Shown: piece after piece, positions 23,900 through 37,200 of the stretch
Numbering within the stretch: the first letter of the stretch is position 1
Layout of the letters: every line of letters starts with the position of its first letter
Assembly: GCF_004010195.1 (NCBI RefSeq)
Contig: NC_057750.1
Span: forward strand, 17,028,726-17,073,223
DNA: 44,498 bases
DNA from: Chiloscyllium plagiosum
Taxonomy: Eukaryota
Direction: 5' to 3'
Translations under genes and position numbers: made by a program
Notes under the pieces: generated by a model
What the model saw: only the letters and a program-made list of their open reading frames with translations
Told to the model about the DNA's origin: nothing
Databases searched by the model: none

Positions 23900-26617
23900 T
23901 CGACTATTAATCCAGAAACCCAGAATAATGTTCTGGGAAGCTCGGTTTGAATCTTGCTATGGTAGAAGTTGGAATTTGAATTCAATTTTTAAAAAAATCT
24001 TAATCATCAGGTGATCATGAAACGTTATCAATTGTCAGAAAAACCCACCTGGTTCACGGAATGCTCTTTAGGGAAGGAAATCTGTTATCCTTACCTGGTC
24101 TGGCCTACGTGACTCCACAGCACAGCAATCTGGCTAATTCTGAACTGCCCTCTGAAATGGCCTTGCAAGCCACTCAGTTGTATCAATCACTAGAAAGTCA
24201 CAAAGAATTGAAGCTGGATGGACCACCTGGCATTGGCCTTGGAACCAGGAAAAACAACGACAAAAACACAAACAGCACTGTAGACCATGCAAAGTCCTCC
24301 TTAACATCTGGGCGCTAATGCCAAAATTGGAAGTGCTGTCTCACACACTAGTCAAGCAATAGCCTAACAAAAGTCATTCTTACAGAATCATACTTTATAG
24401 ATAACACTCCAGACACTACCATTACCATCCCTGGATATCTCTTGTCTCAACAGCAGGACAGATCCAGCAGAGGTGGCAGCACAGTGGTATACAGGCAGTA
24501 GGGAGTTGCTCTGGGAATCCTTGACATTGACTCTGGAACCCATACAGTCCTCCTTCAGTTGATGAATCAATACTCCATGCTGAACAACACTTGGAGGAAG
24601 CATGGTGGATTGCAAGGGTGCAAAATGTACTCTGGATGGAGGATTTCAATATCCACCACCAAGAGTGGCTCGACAGCAGCATGACCGGTCGAGTCCTAAA
24701 GGAAACAACTGCTAGCCCGGGTCTGCGGCAGGTAGTGAAGGAATCAACAAGAGGGAAAAACATACTTGACCTCATCCTTACTAATCTGCCGGCTGCATGA
24801 TAGTATAGGTACAAGTGACCACTGCACTGTCCTTTTGGAGACGAAGTCCCACCTTCACACTGAGAATAACCTCCATTGTGTTGTGTGGCAATATCACCTT
24901 GCTAAACAGAACAGACTTCGAACCAATCTAGCAGCTCAAGACTAGGCTTCCATGAGGCACTGTGGGCCATCAACAGCAGCGGAGCTGTACTCCAGCATAG
25001 TCTGCAAACTCATAGCCTGGCATATCCCCCACTCAACTATTACCATCAAGCAAGGGGATCAACCCTGGTTCAATGGAGAGTGTAGGGGGGCATGAGGGCT
25101 TTTGCCTGAAATGTCGATTTTCCTGCTCCTCAGATGCTACCTGACCTGCTGTGCTTTTTCACTACCACTCTAATCTATACTGATTTCCAGCATCTGCAGT
25201 AGCAACTTTTGCCTAGTGTAGGGGGCATGCCAGGAGCAACATCAGGCATACCTAAAAATGAAGTGTCAAATTGGTGAAGCTACCAAACAGAGCTACTTGG
25301 TGACAAACGGCATAAACAGCAAGTGACAGACAGAGCTAAGCGATTCCACAACCAACAGATCAGATCTAAGCTCTGCAGTTCTTCCACATCCTGTTGTGAA
25401 TGGTGGTGGGCAATTAAACAACTCACTGGAAGAGGAGGCTCCACAAATATCCTCATCCTGAATGATGAAGGAGCCCAGCATGTCAGTGCAAAAGGTAAGG
25501 CTGATGCAATCGTAACAATAGAGTCATAGATCTTCAGTCAGAACAGCCAAGCGGATAATTCATCTCAGGCTCCTCCAGTGGTCCCCAACATCACAGATAC
25601 CAGTCTCCAGCCAATTCGATTCACTCCATATGATATCAAGAAACAGCTGGAGGTACTGGATACCGCAAAGGCAATGGGCCCTGATAACATTCCAGCGATA
25701 GTACTGAAGACGTGTGCACCAGAACTTGCCGGTCCCCTAGCCAAGCTCTTCCAGTACAATTACAACACTGGCATCTATCTGACAATGTGGAAAACTATCC
25801 AGATATGTCCTGTATGCAAAAAGCAGGACAAATCCAACCTGGCCAATTACCACCCAATCAGTATACTGTCCATCATCAGTAGTGATGGAAGGAGTCAGCA
25901 ACAGTGATATCAAGCGGTACCTGCTCAGCAATAACATGCTCAGTTTCGCCAGGGTCATTCAGCTCCTGATCTCATTACAGCCTTGGTTCAAACATGAACA
26001 AAAGAGCTGAATTCCAGAGGTGAGGCGAGAGTGACAGCCCTTGACATCAAGGTCGCACTTCACTGAGTATGGTATCAAGGAGCCCTGGCAAAACTGGAAT
26101 CAATGGGCATCAGGAGGCAAACACTCCACTGGTTAGAGTCATACCTGGAACAAAGGAAAATGGCTGTGGTTGTGGAAGGTCAATAATCTCAGTTCCAGGA
26201 CATCTCTGCAGGAGTCCCTCAGAGTAGTGTCCTCGGGCCAAACATCTTCAAATGCTTCATCAATGACCTTCCCTCTGTCATAAGGTCAGAAGTGGGGAGG
26301 TTTGCCAATGATTGCAGTGTTCAGCACTATGCGCAACTCCTCAGATACTGGAGCAGTCTGTGCTCAATTGCAACAAGATCTGGACAATATCCAGGCTTGG
26401 CCGACAAGTGGCAAGTAACATTTGCGCCACACAAATGCCAGATAATGACCATCACCAATAAGAGACACTCTAACCACCAGTCCTTGACATTCAATGGTAT
26501 TACCATCATTGAATCCCCCACTGTCAGTCAACATCCTTAGGGTTACCATTGACCAGATACTCATCTGGATTCACCACATAAAAACAGTGGCTACAAGAGC
26601 AGTTCAGAGACTAGAGA
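23900..26617 (+). mobile_element. Second LINE family (CR1-group, APE plus RT) with tRNA-like 5' head, inactivated
   Basis: ORF pieces: DFNIHHQEWL..TRGKNILDLILTN, KAMGPDNIP..LKTCAPELA..K.DKSN..NY.PIS, GVPQSSVLGP, FAND, WQVTFAPHKCQ. Clearly divergent from the HER1-type CR1 copies. Confidence 0.85.
25095..25214 (+). mobile_element. Short Penelope-derived element (5'-truncated hammerhead family) with ~15-bp TSD
   Basis: Flanked by agtgtaggggg(g)catg at 25079-25094 and 25215-25229. Body agggcttttgcctgaaatgtcgattttcctgctcc...ccagcatctgcag matches 30931 and 40049. Confidence 0.85.
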
Positions 26618-26631
26618 TACTCGATGTACAC

Positions 26632-26832
26632 TTGCTTGCTGAACTGGAAGGTTCTTTTTCAGATATTTTGTCTCCATACTAGGTAAAATCTTCAGTGAGC
26701 TTCTGGAAGCTTCAGAAAGTGCTTATGCTCGAAACGTCGACTCTCCTGCTCTTCCGGATGCTGCCTGACCGCTGTACTTTTCCAGCACTACACTTTTCGA
26801 TTCTGATCTCCAACATTTACAGTCCTCACTTC
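26632..26832. mobile_element. Two abutting Penelope-derived short fragments
   Basis: 26632-26700 is the reverse complement of the 41985-42050 pLTR type. 26710-26832 is the gcttatgctcgaaacgtcgactctcctgctc family. Confidence 0.7.
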
Positions 26833-27029
26833 CAAAGTCTAGTTGTAGTTTTAAGACTTTAGTTTGACCATATTTGGCAGATCTGGTCACCACAGTATAG
26901 AAAGCACGTGAAGACTTAAGAGGGTGAAGAGAGCTTAAATAAGATGTCCAACTGCAAGAGAAACTCTTCCTTCCCACAGATCCTGCCAAACCTGTTGGGT
27001 TCCGCCAGCAACTGCAGTTCTGCAGTAAT

Positions 27030-27870
27030 AACCAGGATGTTGCCCAGATTGGAGCATATTAGCTGTAAGTAGAGGTTGGACAACCTTAACCTCTAAAGCT
27101 CTGGCAAAAGCAAATGAGGTATACAAATGAGAGGCATGGATAGGGTGGATAGGCAGTGTCTTTTTCAGGGCTGAAAATGCCAAATCTATTGCCCGTTAGT
27201 ATTTAAGTTGAAGCACAAGTTTTGTTTTTAAAAGAACAGAGGTCAGTAGGTGCTTGGAATGTGCTGCCGGGGGAGGTGGTAGGAGCAGATATGTAAGCAA
27301 AGTTTCAGGAATTCAGACAGACAAAGAGGCAAAGAATAGAGAGATATGGACTATGTACAGGCAGATGGAATAGTTTAGAATGGCATCACTGTCAGCACAG
27401 ATACGGTGGGCAGAATGGCCTGTTCCTACACAGTCATGTTCTACGTTCTTTAACACAATTGTAATTCATTTGAAAACGAAGTCTTCCAACCAATTTACAA
27501 ATTGTCCAACCTTGTATTTGCCATTTGGAATAGGGCTGATGACAGACTTATTAGCAGAAAGTACAGGGAAGTATAAAACTTGAAAGCGGTTTTGAGTGTG
27601 CTCTTAAGAAAAATCTATTTTCTTCCAGGAACGCCAAAAACAGAAGACATAGGTTTAAGGTAATTTAAGGCAAGTTTTTTGAAGCATATTGTGATAATCT
27701 GGAATTCGCTGTCTGAAAAAGGGTCATAGAAACAGGTTCGATGGTAACTTTCAAAAGAGTATTTATCTAATTCCTCCAAAAAATTGCAGGCATATGGAGA
27801 AAAAGCAGCACTGTACATCTAACAGAACAGCTGGTTGAATAGGTCAAGCATTGTCATATAGTATGGCATA
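27030..27870 (+). mobile_element. Degraded CR1 3'-end fragments
   Basis: ggcatggatagggtggataggc, tggaatgtgctgccgggggaggtggtag and catagg-tttaagg motifs of the CR1 3' region. Confidence 0.65.
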
Positions 27871-28574
27871 ATCCAACGATTCAATTCTGATCCTTCAATT
27901 TCTAACTAAGTAATACTCAAAAGACTCAGTACTAGCTTTGAGTCAACTAAAGTGACAATTAGGCAAATTAATCTGTACAGCATACAGGACCTCCAGCGAA
28001 CATAACTTTTCTCATCTGCACAAGTTCATGAAGTTTTAAGTTTAAAAAAATGGTGGACTATATGCAAAACATCCTATTGTTCATTGTAATTATTCAAAGC
28101 AATTATTCAAGCAATGAGTTACCAATACTTGAAACAGTTTTTCACAAAGGGCAGTGATAAAAAACAAAAGGAAGTCATTTAAGGTTGCTGCTGTAATCAG
28201 GGACACTTGGAACCACCAATGCTTAAGGGGGACATTTCTAGATGAGTTGAACATCTTCACTGCATGTTGCGCATAGATATTGGATAGCACATAACATTCA
28301 AACACAGGAGTTCAGTTATAACTATTTGCTCAGGTGCAGTTTTTGTAATAAACAAACAAAAATGGTGAGGCAGAAACTGAGCAGGCACAGAGGGGAAAAA
28401 GGTGATACCTCTAAGAACTGACATGACATTATCTCTGCAGGAGTTTCTACTTCATAACAGTGTGTAAATCACTTTCTAGATAAGCTGTCGTCCTATATGC
28501 GACAGATCTGAAAATTATAGTTTCTCCTGTATTCTAATTAGATATTAATATGCAATATTTATATCATTGACAGC

Positions 28575-29905
28575 GACAGATGAGGCCAGAAGACTGGAAG
28601 TTGGCTAACATAGTGCAACTATTTAAGAAAGGTGGTAAGGAAAAGCCAGGGAACGATATACTGATATCAGTTGTGGGCAAGTTGTTGAAGGGAATCCTGA
28701 GGGACAGGATGTACATGTATTTGGAAAGGCAAAGACTGATTCGGGATAGTCAACATAGCTTCGTGCATGGGAAATTATGTCTCACAAACTTGATTGAGTT
28801 TTTTGAAGTAACAAAGAGGATTGATGAGGGCAGAGTAGTTGATGCAATCTGAATGGACTTCAGTAAGGCATTCAACAAGGTTCCTCATGGTACACTGGTT
28901 AGCAAGGTTAGATTACATGGAATACAGGGAGAACCAGTAATTTGGATACAGAATTGGCTCAAAGGTAGAAGACAGAGGATAGTGGTGGAGGGTTGCTTTT
29001 CAGACTGGAGCCTTGTGGCTAGTAGTGTGCGACAGTGATTGGTGCTGGGTCCATTTCTTTTCATCATTTATATAATGATTTGGATGCGACCATTAGGGGT
29101 ATGTTTAGTAAGTTTGCCAATGACATGAAAATTGATGGTGTAGTGGATAGCGAAAAAGGTCATCTCAGAGTACAATGAGACCTTGATCAGATGGGGCGAG
29201 GACGAGCAGATGGAGTTTAATTTGGATAAATGTGAGGTGCTACATTTTGCATCAGCAAATCGGGGCAGGACTTATACACTTAATGGTAAGGTCCTGGGGA
29301 GTATTGCTGAACAAAGAGACATTTGTGTGCAGGATCATAGTGCCTTGAAAGTGGAGTTGCAGGTAGATAGGATAGTGAAGGCTGCATTTGGTATGCTTGC
29401 CCTTATTGGTCAGTGCATTGCATATAGGAGTTGGGGGGTCATGTTGCAGCTGTACTGGACATTGGGAAGGGGCCCCACTTTTGGAATACTGCATGCAATT
29501 CTGGTCTCCGTTCTATAGGAAGGATGTTGTGAAACTTGAAAGGGCTCAGAAAAGATTTACAAGGATATTGCCAGAGTTGGAGGGTTTGAGCTATAGGGAG
29601 TCACTGAATAAACTAGGACTACTTTCCCTACAGTGTTAGAGGCTGAGGGATGACCTTTGAAGGGATCCAAGGGGCAACTTTTTCCACATAGAGGGTGTAT
29701 GGAATGAGCTGCCAAAGGAAGAGGTGAAGACTGGTACAATTACAACATTTAAAAAGCATCTGGATGGGTTTATGAATAGGAAGGGTTTAGAGGGACATGG
29801 GCCAAATGCTGGCAAAGTGGGACTAGATTTATTTAGGATGTCTGGTCACCATGGACAAGTTGGGTTGAAGGGTCGGTTTCTATGCTGTACATCTCTATGA
29901 CTCTA
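28575..29905 (+). mobile_element. CR1/HER1 LINE, 5'-truncated
   Basis: PEDWKLANIVQLFKKG, DFSKAFNKVPH, MEFNLDKCEVLHF and LEYCMQFWSP. Tail ctctatgactcta. Confidence 0.92.
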
Positions 29906-30554
29906 ATTCAATTTTGATTCCACCAGCATTATGGAACTCAAATTAATTGAAGCTGGAAAGAGATACTTTTTAAAATTACCTATAAAAAAATACTTATTTC
30001 AATTAAATATCCGCAATCCAATTATTTATCAGATGACAACTCCAGATTTTCTGCCAATCTGAAACTAATGTTTGTTATAATTAAATTTAGCAGTCCTGAT
30101 TTATGGGAAATCCCAAGTAAAAACCGGAAATATTGGAGAAACTCAGGGATCAAGCAAACATCTGTGAAGAGAGGACGTTGAGTCAGATTACTTATTTCAA
30201 ACTGAAATGGGCTAGAAAACAGTGTGTTTCATGTAATAAAGATTTAAATAATCACCAGTTCAAGAGATAATGTTATGAAATCGAGAACACAGTTTACAGC
30301 TAACACTGGTGCACCTCGAAACAGCCTTTACTCAAATTCCCATTGTCATATTCAAAATGCTAAATATTTCAAAATATCTTAATGACTTGGTGGAAGGCAG
30401 AAAGTGTGCCGTAGCCAAATTTCAGAGACGACAAAAGATGGAAAGTCAGGTTGCAAGCAGGCTGCAAAACAGTTTGCAGAGAGATATTGGTAGGTTAAGT
30501 AGGCAAAAAAAAAAATGGCAAATGAATATAACATGGGAAAATATGAAGTTGTTC

Positions 30555-32285
30555 TTTGGATTTTAACTTTCCAAACATCGACTGGGACTGCCATAGTGTT
30601 AAAGGTTTAGATGGAGAGGAATTTCTTAAGTGTGCACATGACAATTTTCTGATTCAGTATGTGGATGTACCTACTAGAGAAGGTGCAAAACTTGACCTAC
30701 TCTTGGGAAATAAGGCAGGGCAGGTGACTGAGCTGTCAGTGGGGAGCACTTTGGGGCCAGCGACCATAATTTTATAAATTGTAAAATAGTGCGTGGTGCC
30801 ACAGTTTAAGAAGGGCGGTAAAGACAAGCCAGGGAACTATAGACCGGTGAGCCTGAAATCGGTGGTGGGCAAGTTGTTGGAGGGAATCCTGAGGGACAGG
30901 ATGTACATGTATTTGGAAAGGCAAGGACTGACTGAAGAAGGGCTCATGCCCGAAACGTCAATTCTCCTGCTCTTTGGATGCTGCCTGACCTGCTGCACTT
31001 TTCCAGCAACACATTTTCAGCACTGATTAGGGATAGTCAACATGGCTTCATGCGTGGGAAATCATGTCTCACAAACTTGATTGGGTTTTTGAAGAAGTAA
31101 CAAAGAAGATTGATGAGGACAGAGCAGTAGATGTGATCTATATGGACTTCAGTAAGGCATTCGACAAGGTTCCCAAGGGGAGACTGATTAGCAAGGTTAG
31201 ATCGCATGGAATACAGGGAGAACTAGCCATTTGGATATAGAACTGGCTCAAAAGGTAAAAGACAGAGGGTGATGATGGAAGGTTGTTTTTCAGACTGGAG
31301 ACCTGTGACCAGTGGAGTGCCTCAAGGATCAGTGCTGGGCCCTCTACTTTTTGTCATTTACATAAATGATTTGGATGCGAGCATAAGAGGTACAGTTAGT
31401 AAGTTTGCAGATGACACCAAAATTGGAGGTGTAGTGGACAGCGAAGAGGGTTACCTCCGAGTACAACAGGATCTGGACCAGATGGGCCAATGGGCTGAGA
31501 AGTGGCAGATGGAGTTTAATTTGGATAAATGCGAGGTACTGCATTTTGAGAAAGCAAATCTTAGCAGGACTTATACACATAATGGTAAGGTCCTAGGGAG
31601 TGTTGCTGAACAGAGACCTTGGAGTGCAGGTTCATAGCTTGTAGAGTCGCAGGTAGCTAGGTCAGAGTATTGGTCAGAGTATTGAGTACACGAGTTGGGA
31701 GGATGTTGCGGCTGTACAGGACATTGGTTAGGTCACTTTTGGAATATTGCATGCAATTCTGGTCTCCTTCTTATTAGAAAGATGTTGTGAAACTTGAAAG
31801 GGTTCAGAAAAGATTTACAAAGGATGTCGCCAGGGTTGGAGGATCTGAGCTACAGGGAGAGGCTGAACAGGCTGGGGCTGTTTTCCCTGGAGCATCGGAA
31901 GCTGAGGAGTGACCTTATGTAGGTTTACATAATTATGAGGGGCATGGATAGGATAAATAGGCAAAGTCTTTTCCCTGGGATCAGGGAGTTCAGAACTAAA
32001 GGGCATAGGTTTAGGGCGAGAGGGGAAAGATATAAAAGAGACTTAAGGGGCAACTTTTTCACGCAAAGGGTGGTACGTGTATGGAATGAGCTGCCAGAGG
32101 ATGTGGTGGAGGCTGGTACAATTGTAACATTTAAGAGGCATTTGGATGGGTATATGAATAGGAAAGGTTTGGAGGGATATGGGCTGGTGCTGGCAGGTGG
32201 GACTAGATTGGCTTGGGATGTCTGGTCGGCATGGACGGGTTGGACCGAAGGGTCTGTTTCCATGCTGTACATTTCTACGACTCTA
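30555..32285 (+). mobile_element. CR1/HER1 LINE with a large internal deletion (endonuclease end joined to RT)
   Basis: DFNFPNIDW..PTREGAKLDLLL, then PGNYRPVSL, GVPQGSVLGPLLFVIYINDL, KFADDTK and the 3' tail. Confidence 0.93.
30931..31021 (+). mobile_element. Short Penelope-derived element with intact minimal hammerhead core
   Basis: CTGAAGA-AGGGC-TCAT-GCCC-GAAA-CG-TC at 30932-30959. Splits the CR1 sequence gcaaggactg|attagggatag with ACTG duplicated. Confidence 0.85.
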
Positions 32286-32535
32286 TGCCCTCTAGTTCTG
32301 GACTTCCTGACCCCAGGGAAAAGACTTTGCCTATTTACCCTATCCATGCCCCTCAATTTTGTAAACCTCAATAGGGTCACCCCTCAGCCTCCAATGGTCA
32401 AGGGAAAACAGCCCCAGCCTGTTCAGCCTCTCCCTATAGCTCAAATGCTCCAACCTAGGCAACATCCTTGTACATCTTTTCTGAACCTTTTCAAGTTTTG
32501 CAACATCTTTCCGACAGGAAGGAGACCAGAACTAC
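32283..32535 (-). mobile_element. Inverted CR1 3' fragment abutting the tail of the preceding copy
   Basis: Reverse complement matches 31757-32010. Junction overlaps on ctatg. Confidence 0.85.
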
Positions 32536-33261
32536 CAACAGTGGTAACCAATCTCCAGGTGTCAGAAGAAATCCTTTCAGGAACCTCACCAAAATCAACA
32601 CTTAACCAAAAAACAAGGAAAATTCAGCCCTTTGCTTTTTCACTTCTACTAAAAATTTATTCTTTTACACTCCGCTTTCTATCCAGCTCTCCTTACCCTT
32701 TCCAATATCACTATGTTTTCCTTCCATAATTAGTGAGTGCAAAGCATGCTGTGAAAAACCCAACTTGCAGCCACCAAATACTTTCACTGACAATAGCCAG
32801 TCAACTGAATAGCAAAATTAAGATACCTCACCATCTCCAAATTAAATTTAAATTATGTTTAATTATTTACTGAATTGAAGTATGGGAAGATTGTTTTTTT
32901 TTCTTTTCTCTTATTTCTGATTTGTTTTGTAGAGTAGTAGTTTGTTTATTGTTATTATTGATGTACCATAAGATTGTTAGTCTCTTTTGTAACTTTATAG
33001 TTTTGTAAAGAATAAAAATCTTTTTCAATTAAAAAAAGGGATTACTGTCCAAGTTTTATGAAAGCCATCTCTTGTAATTCTTTTTGGGTGTGGCAAGGGG
33101 AAGAAAGAGTACAAAATAAAAGAATCTGTTGTGGGATGAAGCTCCTAAGGCATAAACACCACTAAACTGTGAGCTGAATAACCTATTTGTGTTATTAATT
33201 CAATGTACTAAAAGCATAAATAAATCACTAAAACCTGTAGTCCTCTGGTCAGATAATATAC

Positions 33262-33541
33262 CTGGATTGAGTGTATCCAAAGGAATCGGCAAATCCTGTT
33301 CATTCTCAGATTTCTCAGTTTGAAGCTGCAAGGTGGTGGAGGTAGTTGCATTGCAGGGCTGGTTCCTTCTAGAAGTACTCTGGCCTGTAGAATCTTCAGG
33401 TTTTATATCAGTATTAACAACCGGTGTTTTTTTCACCGAGTTTTCCTTTTGCACCGAAGGGGAACATGATATGTTTCGTGAAAGTGATGCAGCTATTCTA
33501 AGGGTTCTTCTTCCTTCCTTTGGGGTCTCCCGTACATTCAT
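33262..33541 (-). CDS. ADAD2: First coding exon of adenosine deaminase domain-containing protein (ADAD2-like)
   Basis: MNVRETPKEGRRTLRIAASLSRNISCSP resembles recalled human ADAD2 N-terminus GSRRKPRLAASLQISP. Acceptor TTTCAG| 4 nt before the ATG (ACAATG). Donor CCAG|GTATAT gives phase 1, matching the next exon. An alternative donor would end the exon at 33235. Confidence 0.8.
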
Positions 33542-34229
33542 TGTTCTGAAATTTCAGAAGATCTTATTTATGCCCATTTTTTAAAAACTGAAAACTTGAT
33601 ATCACAATTGATTTCCACTCAGCAGGTAGGCATTAAAAGGTGGGGTAGAGGCAGGAGCAGAATATTGGGTGTGGGGGAGGTGTTGAAGTTGGAGGGTTTG
33701 GGGGGTGGGGGGGGGGAACATACTCACTCATGCTGCTGGCACTCTAACGCAAACCAAACAGATATACAGCCTTCAGAGCTCACAGACTCCTCACTGTCCA
33801 TAAAGTTTTATCTGTTATGTAATATGGATGAATTCATTCACAACATAGTGGAAAGATAAGCATTGTCGGTTCTTTGGCACAGGCAGCACAAAAGTAACAA
33901 CTGGAAGAGACAGCTAAGTTCTATGTTAGCCTGGGATATAATATACTATTAACGTAGAATGAAGCCTTCCTTCTCTACAGACAAGGGGATGCATATTGCT
34001 TCTTCCAAGATAGTTTCTCAAGTCAGCTTTTACAAATGAAAAGAAGCAACCCAGCAAGACCATGTATTTCTAGCTCAAATCATCTGCAAAGTCAAAATAT
34101 TACCCAAACAAATAACTTGGTAAATGTCATTAAATTGCAAAAACAGATCAAAGACTAACCATAGTTGAATTGACCACAATCTGATTTAGATTGATCTCAG
34201 TTGGCTTAATTCAATCAGAACCTGTAAAT

Positions 34230-37200
34230 GGTATATGATTACCTGGCAAGTCATCTTCCCTTTTCAGAGAACTAACTTTTCAGCTGTCATGCTCAAGGTT
34301 ACTTGTCTGGATATGATTTACACAGGAGTTATAGAAAAAATAATTAGCTAAAAGAAAGTAACTTCTTGCTTTTAAAGTGTTGCATCCAAATTAAACAATT
34401 TTGATCATGGTGTGATTTATAAATTCTTTAATAAAATTTATTTTGAATTAGTGGCAAATAGATTATGGGACCAACATCCAATTATTCAATCTTCTGGAAA
34501 AATACCCAATAGATCTTTCTATCTTCTTGCAAAAGTACTGCATTGATACCCACATAAGTTGCATCGATAGCCACCTTGAATGGTTTTGCGTAATTAGGTG
34601 TGGCTAATATTCCGGCAATGGTTCAAACAGCTTTCAGGTTGTCAGATGCCTTCTGACAGTCTTCTGTCCGCTGAAATTTTCTGCACTTCAGCAAGTCAGT
34701 GGTGAAGTACACTGCTAAAGTTTGGTACAAAATTCTGATAAAAAAAACACAATCCTAAGGATCACAGTACTTCCTTCTTTGTCAACAGTATGGGAAACTC
34801 CCTAATAACTTTTATTTTCATATCCCGTGGGACCATCTGTTCATTCCAATAACTCAGCCCAGGAATGTGACTTCGGCTTTTGCAAACTCACTTAGATTTA
34901 TTACCAAAACCGCCTCCCAAAGTCAATCAAACAATTCCAATAGATGCTCCAAAACTTTCTTCCATTGTGACTAAAAGTCACCAGGTCACCACACAATTGA
35001 GTAACCCAGAAATGACTTTATTGGTTGCCTTTGAAATGTGGCTGGTTAGTCTTTGAAATGTTTTCCTATAAAACTTTATACTAGTATAGTCCATTTGGTG
35101 TCACAAAAGCCAAAATTTTATTCACTCTTTTGGATAAAAGGTGGTTGCCAGTATCCCCTGAATAGGTCCAATTTAAAAATATAAGTTGCTTGTTCCACCT
35201 TTTCAATACAAACCCCCAAACACAGAATAGGATATGAATCAAGTTTTGTAATTGCATTGACTTTGCGATAGTCCACACAATCATTGGGTACCTTCCAGTT
35301 TTGGTACCATTACTATGGGTGACGTCCATTCACTGCAACTCACTTCCATTACCCTGGCCTTAAACATGCATTCAATCTCCTTTTTAACCTATGCCAACTT
35401 TAGAGGGTTAGTTCTAAGGGTGTTGCTTAATTAGAACAGTATTTCCTACATCTATGTCATGTGTAATTAGATTAGTACTTCCCAGCGTATTTCCATATGT
35501 CTCCCCATGTAATTATAACAACTCTTTCAGGTCATTTCCATTTCTTCTCTGGAAGGTAACTCAGTAACTTATCCCAAATTTGAGAATTTCCTCATTGGAT
35601 ATTCTTCAAATTAAATTGGGCAATTCAGAATCCTCTGAACTTGGTTCTTCATTGTGTTGTAACGAGTAACACATTCTCCTTTTGCTTTCCTTCCTTCTTA
35701 AAAATACAATTTGTGCATATTGACATAACACTGATTTCCTTCTATCTGGTACTAGTATTAAATAGCTCACCTCACTATTTCCTTTTGATTTGGTAAGACT
35801 CACTAAACCATGTCTTTAAAAGGTTCCCCTATCACTGGGAGTAACACTAATATTTTATCTCCATATCAAAAATTCACACTTTTGCTCTACTTGCCTGCTT
35901 CCTATTTCATTACATGCTGTGTTACTTTTAAATGCAGTCGAGCCAACTTCGCCACTCTATTTAACCTTTCCCCAAAATTTGATAGTGCCAAGTATGTGGT
36001 CTCTAAACTGATTCACCGATTTCTCCTTAACTAATTTCAGTGGTCCTCTTACCTCATGCCCCAAAACTAATTCAAATGCACTGAATTTGGTAGATTCATT
36101 TGGTACAGCCCTAATAAAAGTACAAATGGAATTCCTTAATTCCAACCCTCTGCACAGTCTTGACTACAAGCCCCCAACATTGTCTTTAAAGTTTGATGCC
36201 ACTGTTCTAATGCTCCCTGCAATTCTGGATTGTGCACAGTGGAGTTGAATTGTTTTATTCCTAAGCTATCCACAACTTCCTTGAATTACTTTGATATAAA
36301 ACTTGACCCTTAATTTGATTGTATTTCTGTGGGTAGTTTGTATCTTGTAAAAATTTGATTAACTCTTTTACAATCTATTTAGCCATGATACTGTGTAATG
36401 TAATGGCCTCTGGAACTCTAGTAGATTCATGCATTATGGTTCGCAGACACTGAAGACCACTTTGCGCAGGACCCCTACTAAAAACAGTTAAAACACTTGT
36501 AAAAACGTTCTGCAAATGCAGGAATGGGTAATGATGTTGTTGGTTTTAATTACTGCCTTAGGTTACCTGACATATCTAGTAAAATTCAACCACATCCTAA
36601 TGCAGTCAAGGGCAATAAAAATGTTTTCATATTTTGGCTAGTTTTCCTTACTCCCAAATGATCTCCTACTGGTAATTCATTTGCTACCTGCAACACCTCC
36701 TTTGTATAACCAACTGGTAGTAAAACTTGAACTTCTGCCCTTTTCTCATCCACCTGAATGTGTGATGATCTCCATTTCTTCAACAAGACATCATTTAAAG
36801 AAACAACAATCTGGGATATACTAAAATTCTTCTTCTGTGTATGCTTTTTGATACAGCTGCTTCAGATTTAAAAAAAATCTGTTCTAATTCATTTAATTTC
36901 TCAGAACTAAAAATACCCACTTTGCCCTTCACCTATTGTTTTTTCTGAACAATTTGATCAAAATGGTCTCTGATAATGCTACTTCAACTTTATCTTTATT
37001 CTTTGATTTCTACTCCTGCTTCAACAAATGTGGCTTTGTGCCCTTGTTACCAGGGTCAGGGAGAAAAAAAACCCAGGATATACTTCCTGTAATACCTCAG
37101 TTGCATGGTTTTCCACTGGCTTTTCAGCCATAGTAGGTGTTACTTCTACCTGTGATCCAGCTATATCATTACCAAGAATAAACTGTATTCTTGGAAGAGA

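Noticed and set aside
31659..31684. Tandem ggtcagagtatt x2
   Set aside because: Small duplication/deletion scar within a CR1 copy.
31935..32729. 264-aa ORF, the longest in the track
   Set aside because: Read-through of a CR1 3' end into an inverted CR1 fragment; not a gene.
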